A stretch of DNA of 64,000 bases from Porphyridium purpureum (lineage: Eukaryota), in assembly GCA_008690995.1 (NCBI GenBank), contig VRMN01000015.1, forward strand, positions 1-64,000, read 5' to 3'. Below, piece by piece: positions 56,470-64,000 of the stretch (position 1 is the first letter of the stretch; each line of letters begins with the position of its first letter). Below the pieces are notes generated by a model. That model did not search any database. It saw nothing but the letters and a program-made list of their open reading frames with translations, and was not told the DNA's origin. The translations under genes and the position numbers were made by a program.

Positions 56470-59400
56470 ATGCGGGAAGAGAGAGCGACATCAAGCGCGC
56501 CGCGTGAGGAGAGCGGTGGTGCGGGCAGCGCGGGCGGCGATGGCGGTGTTCGCGGGCGCCGGCCTGCGGAGACAAAGATCACGGTGCTGCTGCAGGACCT
56601 CACCGGCGCCGATGGAGACGACGTGCGCGCGTCCGTTGCGCGCACGCTGCGCGAGGCCGTCGAGACCGAGGTGCGCGATTACCTCGGCACTTCGCAGGCG
56701 GCCGCGGTCGATCTCCATACGTACGCGCGCACGGGCGAGCCGCAGCTCTTTGCGCGCAGACCTCCGTCCATGTGATGGCCTACCAACTCGGAGATTCAGC
56801 GCTTGTTGGTCTCCGAGCTGCCGGCCGATCGACTCGCGGGTATTGCTGCGCTTCATGAGCTCATCAGCTTGCGCGGCGAGCCATACCGTGCAAAGGTACA
56901 GCGCACTTACAATGGCCTGCGTGTCGTCTTTGGCAAGGTTTGGGACGTCCAGACCAGTCGGTTTGCGGCAAAGGCTCTTGGACAGCTCGCAGAACTGGGT
57001 GGCGTTCTCACGAACCGATGCGTGGAAGCCGAACTGGCGCGTGCTTTGGAGCGACTGCGCGATACACAGGGAGAGGGCGAGCAGGCGTCTGCATCGCGAG
57101 CAGTGGCATGTATGGTACTGCACGAACTCGCAGACTCGGTGCCAGCACTCGTGTACGCACGGCGGGCGGAATTGGTGCGAACGATCTGAATGGCGCGACA
57201 GATCTGAATCTTGAGGTGCAAGAAGAGGCAAACATCGCTTTGGGATCCTTCTTTGTCTGTGGTGTTTTCCATGAGAGGCATCTGAAGCGATCCGGGTGTT
57301 TGATACCATCGTCGAGCAAATCCTGGCCTGGCTCCACGACCCCACGGCGTCATCGGCCCAGATTCATGGTGGCTTGCGCGCCATGGGTGAACTTTTGCGG
57401 AATTCGTTTGCCAAAGATTACCTGGCGATCGCTTCCAACCAGCTCTGTAAGGTCACATTGGGCTTTCGCGCACATCCAGACCTTCTGATCAAGAAGGCAG
57501 TGGCAAGTCAAATTCCGCTCCTGGCGTCAAGTAATCCAGAGGCCTTTGCGCTTGCAGAAAGTGGATATCTGTCAGTGTCCTTCCATTTCCTGTCGGACTG
57601 CATAGTGAACGGAGTCTGTGAATCGGACGCGTTTCTGTCCTTAGGAAGTACCGCGGTCGCTGTGGGCTCGAGATTCAGTGATTTCGTGATCGAGAGTTTG
57701 GACTTAGCTCACAACTCAATAACGGGCCGTTCTAGCGCTCCTACAACGAAGCGTAGAAACGCCGTGCGCCAGGCAGACAAGTCGAGCCCCCGACGCGCTC
57801 ACGTGTGTCGGTCCTGGTGAAATCAATCGAAACGCCGAGCGCGGATATGACGCGCAAAATTTACCCGCTTCCTGACGCCCATGTTTGATGTCGGCCTAGG
57901 GATCGAGCTGGTTTCGGCGCTGAACTCGATTTCCAGTTCCCTTTCCGTCTTTGTCCCAGCGCATCCAGGAACGCTTGTTAGACGCAGCTGCAAAAGATCT
58001 GCTGTCAAACATGAGCAAGCATGGCAGTGGGTCTGGTGGCAACAATGTTTTCCGCATGTCTCGCAGTCTTTCGGAAAGTGTCGGAACCAAGGCCAAAGTG
58101 CACACAGCGCTCACCGCTGTGGGAGAGTACGATTTTCGCAGTCTAGACTCCATGACATTGTGCTCTTTTGTGCGTGATTGTGTACTTGATTATCTGGATT
58201 CGAACTGGTCGCGCGTACGCAAGGCCGCCACTCGCGCCTGTACTCGTCTTCTGTCTGCTGCCGCAGTTGTTTGCCCGAATGAAATCGTCTGGAGTCATCG
58301 CGTCAAGCGCGGTAATCAAGGGGAATGGCACATCGGTACCTTCGGTGTCTCCGACTGCAAGAGACTTGCATGGTATTGTCGGCGTTCAGGAAGAGGCACC
58401 CAAGCGACTGAGCAGCGAAGTTTACTCTTTGCTTGTGCGCGTCTTACCGATTGCGGTTGCCGACCCAGACGCTGATATACGCCTGACAGCTTTGCAAGGT
58501 TTCGGAAACGATGGCTTTGACGGCTACTTGGCTCAGCCAGAATGTCTGAGAAAGCTGTTGCTGTGTCTCCACGACGAAAAGTTGCAGGTCAAAGAAGCAA
58601 CCGTTTCCTTGGTAGGACACCTGAGCAGTCGAAATCCGGCGCACTCGCTGCCGGCGCTCCGCAAGTTTTTGATGGATCTGATGGTGTTGCTGCGGTGCGA
58701 AGGAGATGCCCTGCGTCTGCAACAAAGTCATGCCGCGAAGTTGCTCTCACTCCTGATTCGTGATGCTCCGAGACTTGTGCGCCCTTATGTTGAACCCATT
58801 TTAACGGTTTTGATCAAAGGCTACAGGACGCGCGGGAGCATGGGTGACACTGAAGCTGCTACCCCGTGCTGACGGCGGTCGCTGATCTGGCGAGCAGGGA
58901 GGCATGCGATATGCGACCCTTTTTCGACACGCTACTCACCTTGGTGGTCGGATGCCTGTATGTTCAGTCTGCAGAGCCTGACTTTAAAAATCGGCGTTGC
59001 AGGCGCTCTCCAAGTTGGTGCAAAACACAGGTGCGGTGATAGAGCCATATAGAAGATTCCCCGCACTTTTGTCCTCGCTGCTAGGGTTCGCTTCGCTTTG
59101 AAGTGGACCCTTCGGTGAGGCTCGAAGTCGAAATTTTACTTGGGAAACTAGGAGCCGTGAATCCAACCGAAATTGACAACTATGCTGACTCGGCAGCGTC
59201 TGGCAAGCCGCTACGGATTTCAGACCACCATGATGTAGACGATGTGCACGCTGTTTACATCGGTGGTTCTTCAACTCGAGAGGCAGGTGGTTGGGGAACC
59301 GGTGCGCGCATAGCGGCGAGCGTGCCAGCCTTTGATAAGGATACGCTTCTGGTTGGCCTTGGTGGGCAACAAACGACCTTGTCGGGAGCGGTGAACGATG

Positions 59401-62400
59401 AAGACGCGGCGCTGATTGGGGTCGGTAATGGTGCCAACGCAAATGATCCCAAGAGTACACTCAGTGTAGAGGCAATCACCTCGTCTACTGAGCGCAAGAA
59501 CGAACCACTGTGGGCTCGAGAAGAGCTGCGCACCGTTTCGTTGGTAAGCAGACTAAGTCACCCCTTTACTGCGCACGCGGAGTACTTTCCGTCTGCCGCT
59601 CTGGATGCGCTCCACAGAATGCTAGCCGATCGGCGTCTGGCACATTACCACCGGGAAGTGGTCGGTGCCATCGTATCCACCGTCCACACACTGGGTCCGA
59701 AATGTGTCTCATTTCTTCCGGCGATCTTGCCGCGCCTGATGTGGTTATTGCGGCCAGGAGAGGACAATGGAACGCGGGATGCGGACTTCAAGGAGTACGT
59801 CTTTAAGCGCCTCGGCGAGATTGTTGAAGTCGCGCGGCAGCATACACGTCCGTACGTGGGTGACATGTTACTTTTGATTCGCGAATATTGGGACGCCGGC
59901 CCGCAGCTGCTGCGGCCTGTGCTTGAATTGACTGAAAAGTTGTGCGTGGCGCTTGGGGACGAATTTCAACCGATGATTCCGCGCCTCCTTCCAGCTATGC
60001 TTGCGGTACTTGTATCAGATCGTGCGCGAAAACGAGAACCGACAGTGCAAGTGTTGAGCGCATTCGAAACGTTCGGTTCCGAACTGGACGACTACGTGAC
60101 TCTAATTTTGCCCGCCGTGCTGCGTGTTGCCGAGGACCGCGCAGTACCGAATTCGGTGCGGAAAGAGTCTCTCGTCACCCTGAGACGCCTTGTGAAGTTT
60201 TGCCCGTCGCTGATTTGGGCAGCTGTCTCTGCATCCCCTGTCAAGGCTGGCCGGCCAGGCTGAGGTGAAGGAGCTTTTCGTTCAGGCCATCAACAGCATC
60301 ATGGCTGTGGCTGTACAAATTCGCAAAGAGTTTTCCTTGTTTGCCCCGACGGTTGCGAAAGCGATCAAGAGCAGTACGTTGAAAGATAGCTGCGAAAAGG
60401 AGGTTGCAGAAGTGATGGCGATCTTGCTCGCGAGTGGTGTGTCGGAGAGAAGTTTACCCCACGTTTCGAATCCTGAGCATGTGCGCGACCGCGCCGCAGA
60501 GTGGAGGACGCGCTTTGAAAATACAGACTGCGGAACTGCGAACAAGGCAGGCTCCATCAATCCTTCTCAGCAGGCGTCAGCCGGAAAGAATCGGACCATG
60601 CCCGCCAATCAGCGCCGCATTCATGTCAACCAGCGCTCTTTGCGAAAGGCTTGGGAAGTGGGCAGGCGACACACCCGAGAGGATTGGGAGGAATGGATTC
60701 AAACGCTAGGATCCGCTCTGTTCCGTGAATCAGGGTCGCCTGCGCTTCGCTCTTGCGCGCGCCTTGCCGAAGTCTATCAGCCTCTTGCGCGCGAGCTGTT
60801 CAATGCGGTCTTTCTGAGTTGTTGGGCGGAATTGAGCTCCGCAACGCAAGCTGGCCTTGTGGGTGCCGTCGAAACTGCGCTGTTGTCAGGCTCTCTGCCA
60901 TTGGACGCCCTGCAGTCACTTTTAAGTCTTGCGGAATTCATGGAGCATGATGAGAAGCCGCTTCCAATCGACGTTCGGAGGCTGGCAGCCATGGCGTGTA
61001 GGTGTGGCGCGTACGCGAAAGCGCTTCACTACAAGGAGGCAGAGTACTTGCAGGACGTCGCGGGTGCCATTACAGGCGAAGATGGCCTGATCTCGATTTA
61101 TGATCACCTAGGGCAGCAGGAGAGTGCTGTTGGAGCCCTCGTGGATGCCGAGCGCAAAATTGGTGTCCGTCGGCGTGAGGAGTGGTATGAAAAGCTGGGC
61201 CGATGGGATGATGCTCTCAAGGCGTATGAACAGATGCAGGAGCTCGAGGAAGAAGGCGGCCTTCTGGCTATGCCGTCCATGCACACGGGGACTCGTGGAG
61301 CTGAAAGCAACGCGGGCGTGAACCCGCTTGCGAGTCCCGGTGGCGGTGATGCATCGCAGGCTGCATTATCGTCCATAAATAGCAGAGTGGATTCGATCTC
61401 GCTCAAGGACGCTCCTCCGGTGGAATCCGGCTCGAGTTTCGGGCTTGTCGTCGACTCCGATTCGCTACCCGCTGTATCAGCAGGCGGCGCTGGAAGTAGC
61501 GATATCAATGTGCATCGAAGGGGAAGCAATGGCGTCAGTAGTGCTGGCGCTGCGTACACATTTATGCAGCACGGTCGAGCGAAAAACTGGGCCCGAGTTG
61601 TAGGGCAGATCCGGTGCATGCATGAATTGGGGGAGTGGCACAGGATGGAAAGCTTTGTACGAAAGGCGTGGGATGAATCCGAAGGGCTTGGTGATATTCG
61701 TACCGCGCTGTCAGTTTCTGGTGCCGCCGCGAATGCGCTCAACCTTGGGGACTGGACCGCTTTCGCTGAGCGCCTGCGCTTCGTGCCATCCGATTCATTT
61801 CACGGTGCCTTTTTCCAGACAGTGCTTGCTGTGCGTCAGAATTCATTCGGGGAGGCGAGACAGCTTGTAGGCAAGGCGCGCGCAATTCTGGACACTGGAT
61901 TGACTGCCCGTGTCGCAGAAGGCTATCCACGTGCGTATTCTGAGGTTTTGAATGCGCAACTGTTGACTGAGATGGAAGAGGCGATCACATACTTGGAACA
62001 GGCGGCTTTGTACGGTGAGTCCGCTCGGGACAAGCAGCGCATTGCGCAGACGTGGCATTCTCGCTTATCAGGATGCCGCCGAGATCACGATACGTGGTAC
62101 CGCACGCTGATGGTTCGAAGCATGGTTCTCCATCCTACCGAAAATGTCACGGAATACCTCGAATTTGCATCTCTTTGCCGCAAGGCGAATCGATTTCCCA
62201 TGGCATCTGAAGCCATTCGGCTGGTTTTGCCAGCGGCCTCGGTCCAGGACGCCGTTGAAGATTGTCTTTATCGCGCGAGATTGACGGACTCTATGCCTGG
62301 GTCAGTTCCGCTTTCGGTTCAGCAATTGATTTCAGAAGGTAGTACCACGGTCGGCCAAGATTACATGAGTAATGTTACCACGAGGATGTCGTCGCTTTCG

Positions 62401-64000
62401 TCACGAGGCCTTGCAGACGTCGCGCGACTCGATAACTGGAATCCAGACATTGCGCTGAGAAATGCAGATCCTCGCGTCGCCTTTAGCTACTTGAATTATT
62501 TATGGTCGTGCGGACGCCAGGTCGAGGCGTACGAATCCATGCGAGCACGAGCGGGCGGAAATCGTTTGTACGAAGACATGAATGCCTTCCAAGGGGTTGT
62601 GGTAGGCACCGGCACAGAAGGTCTAGGTAGCAGCCAGGGATCCTCGACGAGCGGCGCGGGGAGTAGCACGGCACGTATGCTATATGCAAGATATCATCTC
62701 AAGCTATCCAACTGGTCACGGCATTTTCTTGAGCATCCTGATGATGATCGCCCGATTGGATTGTCCGAGCAAGATGTGCACGATCACGCGTACCAAGCCA
62801 CGCTCCTGGATCCGTCGTGGTACAAGGCGTTGCACACATGGTCGATGCTGAATGTCGAGGCTGCGCAACGCATTGAACAACAGGATACAAAGGCCCTCGC
62901 AGCATCGCGCTCGTCTCGCGGCGCGGTGCGAGTGGTGAGCGCAAAGGTGAAGTCGCATGTGATTGCAGCCACGAACGGATTTTTCTCAGCCATGCGCTTA
63001 GGCGCTGCCATGCAGCGAACCCGACTGCAGGATATTTTGCGGGTGCTCACGCTATGGTTCCGCTACGGTGGCATTAAGGACGTCAACGCTGCTCTGACAA
63101 ATGGCTTTGCCAGTACCGAGCCAGACATGTGGCTTGAGGTTGTGCCTCAAATGATTGCGCGCCTGCATGCACCACTGCCTTCAGTTCAGGAGGGCCTCAA
63201 GAACCTACTCATCCGGATCGGATCGGCTCATCCGCAGGCTCTCATCTATCCGCTGACTGTGGCATCCAAATCGACGAACAGAATTCGTCGTGACTCGGCT
63301 TGTGATATATTGGACGCCCTGCGCGTTCACTCGGCGGTGCTTGTTGAGCAGGTCGAAATGGTGTCGCAAGAGTTGATTCGCGTGGCGATTTTGTGGCATG
63401 AGATGTGGCACGAGAACCTTGAGGAAGCGTCGCGCCTGTACTTTGGTGAGGGAAACGTGGAGGGGATGTTCGAGGTACTGGCACCTTTGCATGCCATGAT
63501 GGAAAAAGGGCCCGCAACAGTGCGCGAAACGAATTTTCACCGCGAGTTTGGGCGTGACTTGGCTGAAGCGGCCGAATGGTGTCGACGGTATCGCGCGAGC
63601 AATCGCGAGGCCGACTTGAACCAAGCGTGGGATTTGTACTATCATGTCTTTCGCCGCATCAATAAGCAGTTGCCCCAACTGAACTCGCTGGAGCTTTCCC
63701 AGGTATCACCCAAACTCGTTCAGGCATCCAATCTTGCAATTGCGGTGCCGGGCACTTACCAGCCACCGTCTCCTTTCCAGGAGAACAAGCTAGTGACTAT
63801 TGCACGCTTTGCGCCTACGCTGACAGTGATTTCATCGAAACAGAGGCCTCGCCGTCTTGTCATGTACGGATCGGATGGCCTTGAGTACGCTTTTCTACTC
63901 AAGGGCCATGAGGATTTACGACAAGACGAACGTGTGATGCAGTTTTTCGGACTCGTGAATGAGTTGCTTTCTCAGAGCTCGGACCTGAGCAAAAGCCATT
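56470..64000 (+). CDS. TOR: Target of rapamycin kinase (HEAT, FAT, FRB, start of kinase domain); runs off the window; frameshifts in 56.7-60.3 kb
   Basis: AVADPDADIR, ARELFNAVFLSCW, LAEFMEHDEKPLP, AYAKALHYKE, LQDILRVLTLWF, HPQALIYPLTVASKS, VAILWHEMWHENLEEASRLYFG, DLNQAWDLYYHVF, SSKQRPR..FLLKGHEDLRQDERVMQ. Same frame at about 60265 and at the window end. Confidence 0.98.

Overview
Eukaryotic, intron-poor DNA, most likely from a unicellular red alga (Porphyridium-like). This is inferred from a nuclear CpcS/CpeS phycobilin lyase with an MAF-type transit peptide, cyanobacterial-type HutX and Tic22 genes, and copia lineages typical of algae. The window has two halves. About 1-35 kb is a gene-free transposon block: one intact young Ty1/copia element (1999-6970, minus) with a half-tRNA-iMet PBS and TG..TA LTRs, nested in reverse inside a sister copy with four near-identical LTRs and no matching TSDs; at least three decayed copia elements of other lineages; and a decayed Plavaka/CACTA-like DNA transposon with 12-bp arrays and a PWWP-like passenger ORF. 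About 35.4-64 kb is gene-dense: cpcS/cpeS, two unknown genes, HutX, LYAR-like, pyroglutamyl peptidase I, a double NT-C2 coiled-coil protein, a TPR-Tic22 fusion, a DNL zinc finger, NCBP2, translin, an SLC25A44-like carrier and TOR (runs off the window). Genes between about 51.4 and 60.3 kb carry many small indels, probably uncorrected consensus errors. Most notable: a GTACAGT motif in almost every promoter and in the LTR, the TPR-Tic22 fusion, the Plavaka-like element with PWWP cargo, and the self-nested copia structure. All family calls are from motif recognition by eye; no searches were run.
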